From positions 8,003 to 72,002 of the IMG/VR virus record IMGVR_UViG_3300045243_000021: DNA of 64,000 nt. One strand, written 5' to 3'. The notes beneath the pieces were generated by a model. The model saw nothing but the letters and a program-made list of their open reading frames with translations, made no database searches and was not told where the DNA came from. The first letter of the stretch is position 1. Every line of letters begins with the position of its first letter. Source of the DNA: a virus. Positions 9,758 through 19,336 of the stretch are shown one piece after another. Position numbers and translations under genes: made by a program.

Positions 9758-11992
9758 GTGCCATTCGTCTCGACCGCTCAAGAACGTGCCTGCTTTGCTG
9801 GTGCCATGCCAGGAGTGGACTGCCACGAATGGGCGCGTAAGAGCAAAGGCAAGAAGCTCCCCAGGCACGTTCGCAACGCCGCATCCGTCTGGCGGCGCAA
9901 GCGGAAGCTGATGCGCAACGGCTCACCCAACGCACAAGGCAACGGCTTCGGTAATAGTCTCAAGAAGCGTGTGACTACCAACCGTCGTCGCTCTACTGAT
10001 CCCACACAGTCCATCACGCTCCGTGGCGCAATGGCTGCCGAACTCAAGCGGCGGTTTGCACGGCTCAAGCTGGACCTGTACGACCTGATCGTTCGGGATG
10101 ATGCGTTCGGGCCGGCGCACGTGGCGTTGAATGCGTTCTGTCCGACGGGTGAAGGGGGTGGACAGGATAACTCGTGTTCGTCGCATGAAGGCGGCGCGCC
10201 TGCTGGTGATGCGGTTCATGGATACGTGCAAGGCTTTGCTGATGGCAAAGGAACCGCAGAAGACTTTCGGCAGGCGAACCGCGAACTCAAGGAAGATGGT
10301 AGTAAGTATCGGTTGGTTCCGACTGCTGACGGCAAGGCTCAGCCGATGCACGTTCGCGATATTGTCGATCAGTACGGCCCACGGTGGTCGGTAGCCGTTA
10401 ATCCGTTGACTGGCAAGCTTGACGCTGGTGATGCTGACTGGTTCAGGGAGGCGGCCAAGTTTTCTGGCGACAAAGAAACACGTTCTTACCTACATGCCTT
10501 CAATGACCCAAAGCAAATAGGAACCGAGGCGGACGCCAAGCAAGCGAACAAAGAACTAGCCGAATCTGGTAACGCGCATCGCATCCAGTGGAGTAAGGAA
10601 CAAGGTTTGTGGGTCGCAACGAAAGCCACGCACAACGAACGCTTCGCCTACGCCTCATCGCCGCAAAAACTAGCTGCCTTCAAACGCTGGCTCAAAGGCC
10701 AGATAGACCTGCGCATCGGCACCGAGTATGACGCCATCTGGGAACGCTACGTCGAGAGCGGGTTCCGCAAGGGCATCCTGAACGCCTTCCGGTCGATGAA
10801 TCCGGGTCGGCCGGTTAACGAGTTTTATTTGGGCGGCAAAGAGCAATTCTTGCGGATGATGGAAGGCCGCCAGGTCACGGTGCAGAAGCTGAAGGTGCTG
10901 GCGGCGCGGACGTGGGCCGACATTGAAGGCGTGACGCAGCAGATGGGCGCGAAGATGACGCGCATCCTGGCTGACGGTTTTGTGCAAGAGCTACCCAAGG
11001 AGAAGATAGCCCAGCGCATGAGTGTGGAGCTGGGCATTGCTCTCAAGAAGTCGTTAGGCATCGTCCATAACGAGTTCGTGCATGCTCATGCGGAAGGGCA
11101 ACTGGATGCGGTGGAAGAACTGGGCGGTACGCACGTGACGGCAGACGTGGCGTGGGAAACGGCTGGCGAGAACGTGTGTCCGTATTGTGAGGGCATGGAA
11201 GGAGTCGTGTTCACGGTGAAGGAAGCACGGGGGCGCATTCCAGCGCACATTGGTTGCAAATGTGGATGGCATGTGGTGCCGATGGCCATGAACGCTTTCT
11301 GTTCGACTGGTCCCGGTGGTGGCATCGACCCAACGTGCGGTCATGGCTCTGGAGTCTCGAAAAAGCTGCCATCACCCAAAGTTCAAGCGCATCCCAATCA
11401 TGGCGCTGGCGACAAATCGAAGTTTGTTGGCCAAATCGTCGGCAAGGCTGAGCACGAGCATGCCGCTAACGTCGAGAAGCACGTCGCCAAGGTATTGGGT
11501 GGGCGATGGGAAGAGGACAATCAATTCTTTGACGTGCAAGCGGGTAAGAATTACGTGGAAGTGAAGTCCATGCTGAAGGGCCAGAAGACAGCTATCTCTG
11601 TTCATGCCGACGCTTTGATTCGTAAGGTTGACGGTATTCGCCAGACGGGCGGCCAATTCCATACGGTTGTATTCGATGAGCGCGGCACGTACCAGGGTGG
11701 ATCGCACAAAGAAAACTTTTCCGGCCACCAAATCTACTACAAGCGTGGCAGCGGCCGATATAGCTTAGGGCAAATGCACCCGGTAGCGGATGAAGCCGAA
11801 CTTAAAAAGTTGATTACCATGGACCCGAAAGCGCTGCCAGAAAAAGCACGCGGGTCGTTGCCATCTGGGAAACTTGTGACGTTGCTGCGCCAATCGGCTG
11901 AGCGAGCGCATGAATCAAGGTTGGCCAAGGATCGCAATCGGAAGGAACGTCTGAAGGCCGAAGGCAAATCTGCTTATGAGAGGCAGACGTAA
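9758..11992 (+). CDS. MuF-like minor head protein with inserted modules and C-terminal PD-(D/E)XK-like nuclease
   Basis: MuF core WETAGENVCPYC...IPAHIGCKCGW; C-terminal FFDVQAGKNYVEVKS; two FCxTGxGGGxDxxC tags. Confidence 0.8.
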   Translation: MPFVSTAQERACFAGAMPGVDCHEWARKSKGKKLPRHVRNAASVWRRKRKLMRNGSPNAQGNGFGNSLKKRVTTNRRRSTDPTQSITLRGAMAAELKRRFARLKLDLYDLIVRDDAFGPAHVALNAFCPTGEGGGQDNSCSSHEGGAPAGDAVHGYVQGFADGKGTAEDFRQANRELKEDGSKYRLVPTADGKAQPMHVRDIVDQYGPRWSVAVNPLTGKLDAGDADWFREAAKFSGDKETRSYLHAFNDPKQIGTEADAKQANKELAESGNAHRIQWSKEQGLWVATKATHNERFAYASSPQKLAAFKRWLKGQIDLRIGTEYDAIWERYVESGFRKGILNAFRSMNPGRPVNEFYLGGKEQFLRMMEGRQVTVQKLKVLAARTWADIEGVTQQMGAKMTRILADGFVQELPKEKIAQRMSVELGIALKKSLGIVHNEFVHAHAEGQLDAVEELGGTHVTADVAWETAGENVCPYCEGMEGVVFTVKEARGRIPAHIGCKCGWHVVPMAMNAFCSTGPGGGIDPTCGHGSGVSKKLPSPKVQAHPNHGAGDKSKFVGQIVGKAEHEHAANVEKHVAKVLGGRWEEDNQFFDVQAGKNYVEVKSMLKGQKTAISVHADALIRKVDGIRQTGGQFHTVVFDERGTYQGGSHKENFSGHQIYYKRGSGRYSLGQMHPVADEAELKKLITMDPKALPEKARGSLPSGKLVTLLRQSAERAHESRLAKDRNRKERLKAEGKSAYERQT

Positions 11993-12280
11993 ATGGCATT
12001 GCACGTGACTTTTTCAGGGGCTCGTGATGGCGATGACGGGCCGTTTCAATTGGCATCGGCATCCGGTTGGCAAGCGGCCATGAAGACAGCTAGCGGCGCG
12101 GGCAAAGCGATTGATGCGCTGTTCGCTGATGGTGCGGTCACCAATAGCACAAAGCTAGCTAAGGATTTGGATAAGGCTCTTGCCATGAAACTGCCCAAGG
12201 ACGTGCATGATACCCTTGCCCAACTAAGGGAATTAGTTGGTAGCGGCGACGAGCAAGAGACAGTTAGCGTCATTGACTGA
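11993..12280 (+). CDS. small protein, candidate immunity protein for the MuF nuclease
   Basis: Starts on the base after the MuF stop; immunity role inferred from position only. Confidence 0.45.
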   Translation: MALHVTFSGARDGDDGPFQLASASGWQAAMKTASGAGKAIDALFADGAVTNSTKLAKDLDKALAMKLPKDVHDTLAQLRELVGSGDEQETVSVID

Positions 12281-12287
12281 GGCTGGC

Positions 12288-12506
12288 ATGCCTAAATACT
12301 CAACCGCCAACGACGACCGCGGGCTCGTGTTCGACGCTGCCGGTAACGAACTGAAGTACGTCTACGAATGCGACACGGAGACGGGCTGGGTGAAGGAATG
12401 CGTCATGGAGGACGGCGTGGCAAAGATCGTGGGCGGCGAGTTCGTATACCGTCAGCGGCGGTATCCGGCTCCGCTGCGGTTCATCCGGATTGTGGAGGGT
12501 GATTAG
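12288..12506 (+). CDS. hypothetical protein
   Basis: GAGG RBS; short ORF. Confidence 0.55.
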   Translation: MPKYSTANDDRGLVFDAAGNELKYVYECDTETGWVKECVMEDGVAKIVGGEFVYRQRRYPAPLRFIRIVEGD

Positions 12507-12735
12507 CGTGGCGCATGAAGTGGAGCGACTGAATGGCAAATACGTAATTGCCTACAAGGAATGGCTCGAAGCTCATCATGCGGCAGAGAATGATGGTCGT
12601 ACTGGGTGTCTTGCGTTCATGTTTGTTCTGCTGGTGGTAGCTGCGACTTATGGCGTGATTAGATTTGAGGGTTTCTACAAGGCCAAGGTTGCCGATATTG
12701 AGCAACGTCTGGAGGCTCTGGAGGCAACGAAGTGA
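12490..12735 (+). CDS. small membrane protein
   Basis: One hydrophobic segment; GTGA overlap with the next gene. Confidence 0.5.
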   Translation: MWRVISVAHEVERLNGKYVIAYKEWLEAHHAAENDGRTGCLAFMFVLLVVAATYGVIRFEGFYKAKVADIEQRLEALEATK

Positions 12736-12956
12736 ACCTGACGCCGACGGAGCGACGTTTACTTGCCCTGCTATCGGATGGCTGCCCGCATCGGCGGGAG
12801 GAACTCTTGGCTTGCCTCTACGATGACTACTCGCCAAGCGTGCTAACCTTGAATGTCCATCTCTGTAATCTCAGGAAGAAACTTGCCGTCGATGAGCGTG
12901 TCGTAGTCAGAAAGACGGCTCATTATCTACTCGAAACCGCCGGGTCAGCGTCTTAA
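12732..12956 (+). CDS. OmpR/PhoB-type winged-helix DNA-binding protein (stand-alone)
   Basis: LTPTERRLLALL...RREELL...TLNVHLCNLRKKL matches the Trans_reg_C pattern. Confidence 0.75.
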   Translation: MNLTPTERRLLALLSDGCPHRREELLACLYDDYSPSVLTLNVHLCNLRKKLAVDERVVVRKTAHYLLETAGSAS

Positions 12957-13049
12957 TTGAACTATTAAACCCACTTCTAAGCATCTAACACACAATCACT
13001 TATCCATCTACCATTGCTGCAACGGGTGGCTCTGTAGCCGCTCCTTCCT

Positions 13050-14594
13050 TTGGCAAGCAATGGCATGGACGGCATCGCCGAGCAAATCCTCGAACTCGTT
13101 CAGGTAGCCAACCTCGCTGCCTCTATTCGTCGCGTCCAGCAAGGCGGGCGGGAATGGATCGTCGCCCCTGCCACTTCCATAGTGCCCGGTGTCTTGAACG
13201 GTTCGCAAGGCGCACTTTTCTATCCAGCCGATGAAGTCGAGAACACACACAAGCTGTGGGATGGCATTCCCATCACACTCTTCCACCCCATCGCGCCTAC
13301 CGGTGGCCACGTCAGTGCGCATTCACCGGGCATCTTGAAGACGCAGGGCATTGGCGTTCTGCAGAATTCGGCGTTCAAGGGCAAGCTGACGCATGAGATG
13401 TGGTTTGACGTTGCCCGCACACGCGAAGCCGACAAGCGGCATGGCACGGACGTGCTGAACCGCCTCGAACGCGGCGAACCGATTGAGCTGTCCACCGGGC
13501 TCTACACCGAGAACGAACCGGCCAAGCCCGGCGCGAATCACAACGGGCGTGGATACGAGTACGTGGCACGCAAGCACAAGCCGGATCATCTGGCCGTGCT
13601 GCCGAACGCCAAGGGCGCATGTTCACTGGATGATGGTTGCGGCGTACTCGTGAACTGCCTGGAGTGTGGGAAGCAGGAGTGCCTCTGTGAAAACACCTGG
13701 ACGGACGAGGCGCGTGAAGCTTCCGCGTTGGCTCGTCAGGGCAGCCACAACTCGCCTGCCCATTCGCACACGGACGCTGCCCACGCGGCGTCAAACCACC
13801 CGGCGTTAGAGAAGGGGCCGCACCAAACCTTTGCCCGCCAGGCGCAGGCCGACGTCGAGGCCGCCACTCACCTCGTGGGCAAGGCGGCCAACCCAGCGGC
13901 CGTCAAAGCCAAGATCAAATCAATCGCCAAGCGCAAGGGCCTGTCGGTCCCCGACGCCTGGAAAACCACTGACAACAAGGAGACCGCCATGCCAACGCGC
14001 GACGACAACGTGCAATTCCTCGTGGCCAACTGCGACTGTTTCAAGGGCCGTGACGACCTCTTGGCGAACGAAGACGCCTATCCGGACGACCTGCTGGAGA
14101 ATCTCGTCAGCAACACCAAGCGGACGCAGGAACTCGTGACCAACGCCGCGAAGCCAGTGGTCAACGCTAAGGCTGCGGACTGCGATGACGACGAAGCGAA
14201 GGACAAGCCCATGGCCAAGAACGCCTTAACGGAATGGGAAAAGTCGATGCCGGCCGAAGCGCTCGAAGTGTGGAACGCCGCCAAGAAAGTCGCCGCTGGC
14301 CACAAGGGTAACCTCATCGAACGCCTGACCGCCAACGTCCAAGGCGACGAGGCCAAGCAAGCCGCCGCGGCAGTTTACAACGCGATGAAACCCGAACAGC
14401 TCGAAGCGCTCGCCGCGACGTTGCCGGTGCAGGCCGTGACGTTCAATCGGCCGCTGCCCAGCTATCTCGGGGCATCGGGTGGGCCGGTGGCCAAGCCAGC
14501 GCAAAACAAGGCCGGCGATCAGGATGACGTGCTGCCGATCCCAACGTGGAACTACGGCACGGAGCGCAACAAGGAATTCATCAAGGCGTCGTAA
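13050..14594 (+). CDS. prohead protease/scaffold (DUF2213-like)
   Basis: PITLFHP, IELSTGL, PDHLAVLP..GACS..DGCG motifs; C-terminal scaffold-like region; lies before the capsid genes. Confidence 0.85.
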   Translation: MASNGMDGIAEQILELVQVANLAASIRRVQQGGREWIVAPATSIVPGVLNGSQGALFYPADEVENTHKLWDGIPITLFHPIAPTGGHVSAHSPGILKTQGIGVLQNSAFKGKLTHEMWFDVARTREADKRHGTDVLNRLERGEPIELSTGLYTENEPAKPGANHNGRGYEYVARKHKPDHLAVLPNAKGACSLDDGCGVLVNCLECGKQECLCENTWTDEAREASALARQGSHNSPAHSHTDAAHAASNHPALEKGPHQTFARQAQADVEAATHLVGKAANPAAVKAKIKSIAKRKGLSVPDAWKTTDNKETAMPTRDDNVQFLVANCDCFKGRDDLLANEDAYPDDLLENLVSNTKRTQELVTNAAKPVVNAKAADCDDDEAKDKPMAKNALTEWEKSMPAEALEVWNAAKKVAAGHKGNLIERLTANVQGDEAKQAAAAVYNAMKPEQLEALAATLPVQAVTFNRPLPSYLGASGGPVAKPAQNKAGDQDDVLPIPTWNYGTERNKEFIKAS

Positions 14595-14636
14595 GGGCGG
14601 TTTCACAACGAATCAATCGGAACAGGAGAGATACCA

Positions 14637-15134
14637 ATGAAGGGCAGCGAAATCGTCCTGACGCCATGGTTAGGAGCCAAGTACGAGGGCATCATCAGCG
14701 GCACGCCCAAGCCAGGCGTCGCCATGGAAGTCAAGAACGCCACGCCAGTCAGTGGCCGCGTTACTTGGCAACCTTACGCGCCGGCTGGCGACGGCTTGCC
14801 GAAGCTCATTGCGGTTCTCGACAAGGATAAGCAGCAGGGCTTCAACTACACCGCCGCCTACGTTTCCGGCACCAACGGCTTCCTGTGGCTGCCGGGCTAC
14901 GGCTGTGAATTCAACATGCGCAAGGCTGACATCGCCGGCACTGGCACGGCGACGGAGGATTTGACCGTCGGGCAAAAGCTCTTGCTCGTCTCTGGCACGG
15001 GTTACATCAGCCCGGTAGCCATCGGTCTTGCATCCTCAACCACCAATTATCCATTCACCGCCCTTGAAGCACTCACCGATCAGCTCACCGAAACCCTCGT
15101 GCATTGCATGTGGAGTGGTTGGGGCGTTCCGTAG
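14637..15134 (+). CDS. capsid decoration/cement protein
   Basis: Position between protease and MCP; size; GGAGAG RBS. Confidence 0.65.
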   Translation: MKGSEIVLTPWLGAKYEGIISGTPKPGVAMEVKNATPVSGRVTWQPYAPAGDGLPKLIAVLDKDKQQGFNYTAAYVSGTNGFLWLPGYGCEFNMRKADIAGTGTATEDLTVGQKLLLVSGTGYISPVAIGLASSTTNYPFTALEALTDQLTETLVHCMWSGWGVP

Positions 15135-15179
15135 CGAACCGGACGAAGTTTTACCAAAACGAACAAAGGAGAGGCAGCA

Positions 15180-16502
15180 ATGTTTGTCACCGAGAACTTC
15201 ATCCGGAGTTGTGGCACGCCGCTCGTTGGCCAGACGCATCAGGTCGCCAACGAAATCTTCGGCGGTTCCGGCGAAGTGTCAGGCCGGACCTATTGGGATC
15301 CCGGCCTGCGTCGTCCTTATTTCGACAAGAACGGCAAGGCCGCCGTCAGCATCAATCGCGGCCGCACCACGCTCGTCAAGGGCGAACAGGTGCCCATCCG
15401 CGAACACGTTACCTGCGCCGACATGGTGGCCAACGGCCTATTCATGCCGGTCTGGAATGCCACCACGCTCTCAAAGGAACAATGGCTCCGCCTTGACGAA
15501 GCCGTGCTGCGCGCCGCTCGTTACCGTTTGCGCCTGACAGAAGACATCGCCAGCTTGAGCGGAACGTACGGCGGCTTTGACGGCATGGCGACGATGGTCC
15601 TCGAGCATCAGACCATGAGCGATCCGGGCGAAGCTATCGTGGACATGACTGGCCTGACCATGGGCCGCACGGATCAGCCGCAGTTCCAACTCGAAGGCTT
15701 GCCGCTGCCCATCACCCACAGTGATTTTGCTTTCGATTCCCGCACCTTGGCTGCTTCGCGGAACAAGGGCCAGCCGCTGGACGTGTCGCAGGGCGAAGCG
15801 TCGTCCCGGCGCGTTGCCGAGTCCATCGAAAAGCAAACCATCGGTGTCAACACCGGCGTCATTTACGGCGGTGCCTCGACCTATGCCGGCGGATACGGAC
15901 GCACGAGCCAGGTGTATGGCCTGACGACGTTCCCGACGCGCTTGACGTACACATCCATCACGGCCCCGACAAGCACGAACCAGGCAACCATCTTGGCGAA
16001 CGTGCTGGCCATGAAGGATCGGCTGACGGCCAACAAGTTCTATGGCCCGTTCATGGTGTACACCAGCAACGACTGGGATCAGTACATGGACGGCGACTAC
16101 ATCCTGTCTGGTGGCAACGTGGCAACGCAAACGCTGCGTCAACGCATCAAGGCCATCGAAGGCATTCTTGACGTTCGCCGTCTCGACATGCTCTTCAGCG
16201 CCAATATCCAGACCGATCCGACCATCAACACCACAACCATTGTCGGTACGACCGGCGTGCCGCGTTACACGGGTCCGGGTGGTGAAGGTTTCGTAGCGTC
16301 GGCCACCAGCCCGGCCACGCTGCTCATGGTGCAGATGACGCCGGACGTCATTCGCATGGTGAACGGTATGGGCATCACGACCGTCCAGTGGGAAACCGTG
16401 GGCGGCATGCAACAGAACTTCAAGGTCATGGGCATCCAGGTTCCGCAAATCCGGGCAGACTTTTACGGGAACTGTGGACTTTTGCACGGAACCACGGCCT
16501 AA
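15180..16502 (+). CDS. major capsid protein (HK97 fold, linocin/encapsulin-like subtype)
   Basis: LSKEQWLRLDEAV, PLPITHSDF, 'FKVMGIQVPQIRADFYGNCGLLH'; followed by a terminator. Confidence 0.88.
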   Translation: MFVTENFIRSCGTPLVGQTHQVANEIFGGSGEVSGRTYWDPGLRRPYFDKNGKAAVSINRGRTTLVKGEQVPIREHVTCADMVANGLFMPVWNATTLSKEQWLRLDEAVLRAARYRLRLTEDIASLSGTYGGFDGMATMVLEHQTMSDPGEAIVDMTGLTMGRTDQPQFQLEGLPLPITHSDFAFDSRTLAASRNKGQPLDVSQGEASSRRVAESIEKQTIGVNTGVIYGGASTYAGGYGRTSQVYGLTTFPTRLTYTSITAPTSTNQATILANVLAMKDRLTANKFYGPFMVYTSNDWDQYMDGDYILSGGNVATQTLRQRIKAIEGILDVRRLDMLFSANIQTDPTINTTTIVGTTGVPRYTGPGGEGFVASATSPATLLMVQMTPDVIRMVNGMGITTVQWETVGGMQQNFKVMGIQVPQIRADFYGNCGLLHGTTA

Positions 16503-16518
16503 GCATCCCGCGCCGCTG

Positions 16519-16555
16519 GGCTGGGGTAGGTGTCGCGACCGCCCCAGCCATTTTT
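16519..16555 (+). terminator. intrinsic terminator after MCP
   Basis: GGCTGGGG/CCCCAGCC stem plus ATTTTT. Confidence 0.7.
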
Positions 16556-16571
16556 GAAAGGAGCAACGCAC

Positions 16572-16904
16572 GTGAATCAAATCTTCCGTTACCGCCTGAC
16601 GCTGGGCCAGCATTTCGAGAAGGACACGACAGGTAGCGATCATCTCTATGACGCATCGAAGGGGCCAGTCGAATTCGATTCGATGAACCCCAATCTGGAA
16701 CGCTTCAATGGTGGGCCTGGGCTCGTTCCCAAGTTCGTGCGTCTCGACCGCGATGCTTCCATCGATCCGGTGGCCCAGCTGCCGGGCGAAGCACAGCCGA
16801 CGTACATCGCACGCATGAACGAGCTGCGCAACCGCATCGGCAACGCCATCGAAGCTGCCAAGAAGCAACAGCCCGCACAGAAAGAACTCATCGCCGCCAA
16901 GTAA
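16572..16904 (+). CDS. hypothetical head-associated protein
   Basis: AAGGAG RBS, GTG start; position after MCP. Confidence 0.55.
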   Translation: MNQIFRYRLTLGQHFEKDTTGSDHLYDASKGPVEFDSMNPNLERFNGGPGLVPKFVRLDRDASIDPVAQLPGEAQPTYIARMNELRNRIGNAIEAAKKQQPAQKELIAAK

Positions 16905-16912
16905 GGTGACGC

Positions 16913-17350
16913 ATGGCACGCACGACAGCCTTAGCGGTGGCTAGCGTCCTGGTGGATTCCTCGCTTTCACCCAACGGACAAGGCGACTACGACGGCACTA
17001 CCGACCTGACGCCGTACATTGTCTCGGCTTCATCGGTCGTGGATCGTGTGGCAACGGCCGCGTCCGACATCAAAGGCATCACACTATCGACGACTGAGCT
17101 GGAGCTAATCGAGCGGTGGTTGGCTGCCCACTTCTACACCAAGATGGACCCGACGTACCTGACGAAGACGACGGGCAAGGCCGTGGTATCGTTCGCACGT
17201 AATCCCAAGGTGCCCGAGCCGTACAAGGACGTGGCGATTGCCATGGACTACAGCGGCATGCTGAACGCCATTCTCAATCGACAATCGGCAGGTGGGTTCT
17301 GGATGGGCAAAACCGTTCCTGACCAGTTGTCGTACACGGATAGGAACTGA
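16913..17350 (+). CDS. head-tail adaptor
   Basis: 'LELIERWLAAHFY' motif; synteny. Confidence 0.75.
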   Translation: MARTTALAVASVLVDSSLSPNGQGDYDGTTDLTPYIVSASSVVDRVATAASDIKGITLSTTELELIERWLAAHFYTKMDPTYLTKTTGKAVVSFARNPKVPEPYKDVAIAMDYSGMLNAILNRQSAGGFWMGKTVPDQLSYTDRN

Positions 17351-17360
17351 GGAGCAACTA

Positions 17361-17621
17361 ATGGCGGACGTGTCGCGGCGAGGAAAGGTATTGGCAAGTT
17401 CTTGGGAAGTCTATTGTTGGCCAGAATTCAAAGCATTTGCTGAGCGACTGGGTATTGCCTACGACGCACCAACTGTTCGCTTAGTAGTAGTTCTTGGTGA
17501 GCCTAATGAGCCAGTGAAGATTGAGCATTCGTACGCTGGGTCTGACGCACAACCGCTGGCTCCGTTCGACGGCGGTCCTGACATGGCTTGCGAGGTCACG
17601 GCATGCCAGCCCAGGAACTAG
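17361..17621 (+). CDS. hypothetical protein
   Basis: GAGGAG RBS. Confidence 0.55.
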   Translation: MADVSRRGKVLASSWEVYCWPEFKAFAERLGIAYDAPTVRLVVVLGEPNEPVKIEHSYAGSDAQPLAPFDGGPDMACEVTACQPRN

Positions 17622-17992
17622 CTTTTCGGCGACAACGGGCCATTCTGTGGCCGCTACTAACGCCAGCGAGCGCCGGACGACAGAAGTTCAACGAACCGCT
17701 GAAGGGTGACCCGGTTGAGTTGAGTGTGCGGTGGGACGATCAGCAAAAGGAGATTCTGGGCAGTAATGGCACGCCGGTACGGGTCGATGCCGTGGTGATT
17801 GTGGACCGGCGCATAGCCATTGACAGTTTGATGGTGAAAGGCACGCTAAGTGAGTGGTTAGGTACGGGTTCGGCAACGGCGCAAGACCCAACGGTGATGC
17901 AGGTGATTGTGTTTAACGAGGTGCCGGACATAAAAAACCGTGTGTCGTATCGCGAAGTTGGGCTCATACGCTTCCGGAGTTCACTACCATAA
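17603..17992 (+). CDS. head closure protein
   Basis: 'PVELSVRWDD' pattern; synteny. Confidence 0.65.
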   Translation: MPAQELAFRRQRAILWPLLTPASAGRQKFNEPLKGDPVELSVRWDDQQKEILGSNGTPVRVDAVVIVDRRIAIDSLMVKGTLSEWLGTGSATAQDPTVMQVIVFNEVPDIKNRVSYREVGLIRFRSSLP

Positions 17993-18348
17993 TGGGAATA
18001 GAAGGCGTAGATAAGGTGATAGTGGCTCTCAATTCCAAACTCGCCCGCAAGGGCAAGTATGGAAATGCCGTCATCAACGTTGGTTACCGCGCGTACTATG
18101 CCATCTATGTGCATGAGAACCTGGAGGCGTATCACCCAATAGGTCAGGCCAAGTTCCTGGAGACACCGTTAAGGCGGAACAGAGAGAAGTATGCCCGCAT
18201 GGTGCGCAGTGCCATGGCACGGGGTGAATCATTGGGTTCTGCATTGGCCATTGCAGGGCAGGAGCTACTGGAAGACTCTCAGGCGCTAGTGCCCTACGAC
18301 ACGGGGTTTTTGCATGATTCGGGATTTGTGAGTGTAGCGGCAAAGTGA
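17992..18348 (+). CDS. HK97 gp10-like neck/tail-completion protein
   Basis: 'YAIYVHE', 'GQAKFLE', 'VPYDTGFLHDS' motifs. Confidence 0.8.
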   Translation: MGIEGVDKVIVALNSKLARKGKYGNAVINVGYRAYYAIYVHENLEAYHPIGQAKFLETPLRRNREKYARMVRSAMARGESLGSALAIAGQELLEDSQALVPYDTGFLHDSGFVSVAAK

Positions 18349-18349
18349 G

Positions 18350-18760
18350 GTGGCTATGGACTGCGAAGCGTCGCACGACCTGCTTCGGGAAAGTGCCAAG
18401 GTGAAGCCATCGCTGGCCTGGGGGCTCGTGATCCTGCTCGGCATCGCCATCGTCTGGCTTGCGTTGCTCAAGTTCTCTTCTCATCCATCCCAGCCTGCAC
18501 AAGCCGTCATGGCCCAGCCCAAGCCCATTCACGACGAGTTTCCGCCGCCGGTGCGCTACGAAGGCGACCGGCAAAAGGAATTCGCGGCACGCTGGCGGAA
18601 AGTGGTAACTGAGGCAGGCCCGCCGCCACGCTCGGATTGTTACCCGGTGTTAGCCCATGCGACACGCACGGGCATTTACGTCAAGGCCCACTGGCGGAGC
18701 ATGCCGGACAACGACCTGACGAACAACTTGCGGTCTCGACAAGACGACGAGGCCGATTAG
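18350..18760 (+). CDS. membrane-anchored hypothetical protein
   Basis: TM segment; C-terminal GIYVKAHWRSMPD..N motif. Confidence 0.55.
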   Translation: MAMDCEASHDLLRESAKVKPSLAWGLVILLGIAIVWLALLKFSSHPSQPAQAVMAQPKPIHDEFPPPVRYEGDRQKEFAARWRKVVTEAGPPPRSDCYPVLAHATRTGIYVKAHWRSMPDNDLTNNLRSRQDDEAD

Positions 18761-18806
18761 AGCGGTTCCCGATGGAACGATTGGCAACAACGAGCTGGAG
18801 ATCAAA

Positions 18807-19226
18807 ATGGACCCCAATGTCGTTTTTACCGCAATCGTTAATAACGGCTTTGGGCCTGTCTGTGCGGCGGCCATTCTGATTTTCGCCTGGCTCCGGGAGA
18901 CGAAAACAATCCCGAAGATGATGGAGACGTTCCAGGCCGTGAACAAGGAAACGCAAGAAGCATTCTCGAAGCGCAATGACGATGCGTTACAGACGTTTGC
19001 CACGTTGACGCGGGAAGAGCGCACGACGTATCAGAAATGGCATGAGGAGAACCGAGACCGGCTGGACCGCATGTTCCTGGAGCAGAAGGAAGGTCGGCAC
19101 ATCATGCTGAACCTCGCTCATCAGCTCGGGCTACGGCAAGCGGTGGAAGAGAAGATGCGGGAAGAGAGGGCGGCACGACACAATGCTAGTGAGGATTCAT
19201 CGGCGGTTCCGCCGCGGAAGGTCTGA
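18807..19226 (+). CDS. holin-like/membrane coiled-coil protein
   Basis: N-terminal TM followed by a charged coiled coil; GGAG RBS. Confidence 0.5.
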   Translation: MDPNVVFTAIVNNGFGPVCAAAILIFAWLRETKTIPKMMETFQAVNKETQEAFSKRNDDALQTFATLTREERTTYQKWHEENRDRLDRMFLEQKEGRHIMLNLAHQLGLRQAVEEKMREERAARHNASEDSSAVPPRKV

Positions 19227-19336
19227 GTGTCCAAGATCGTCCGGCGGTTGCGTAGGCTCGACTGCCAGGCGCACCTGCGGGCGCAGGGCATCGACGTGAC
19301 GCTGGAAGAGATGAGGAAACTGTAAGGGGGTGGAAG

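Noticed and set aside
15180-16502. Encapsulin nanocompartment or bacteriocin
   Set aside because: Linocin-like similarity is explained by the HK97 fold; context (terminase, portal, protease, tail) shows a phage capsid
15471-16919. 482-aa minus-strand ORF
   Set aside because: Antisense to the major capsid gene; expected from codon bias in GC-rich DNA
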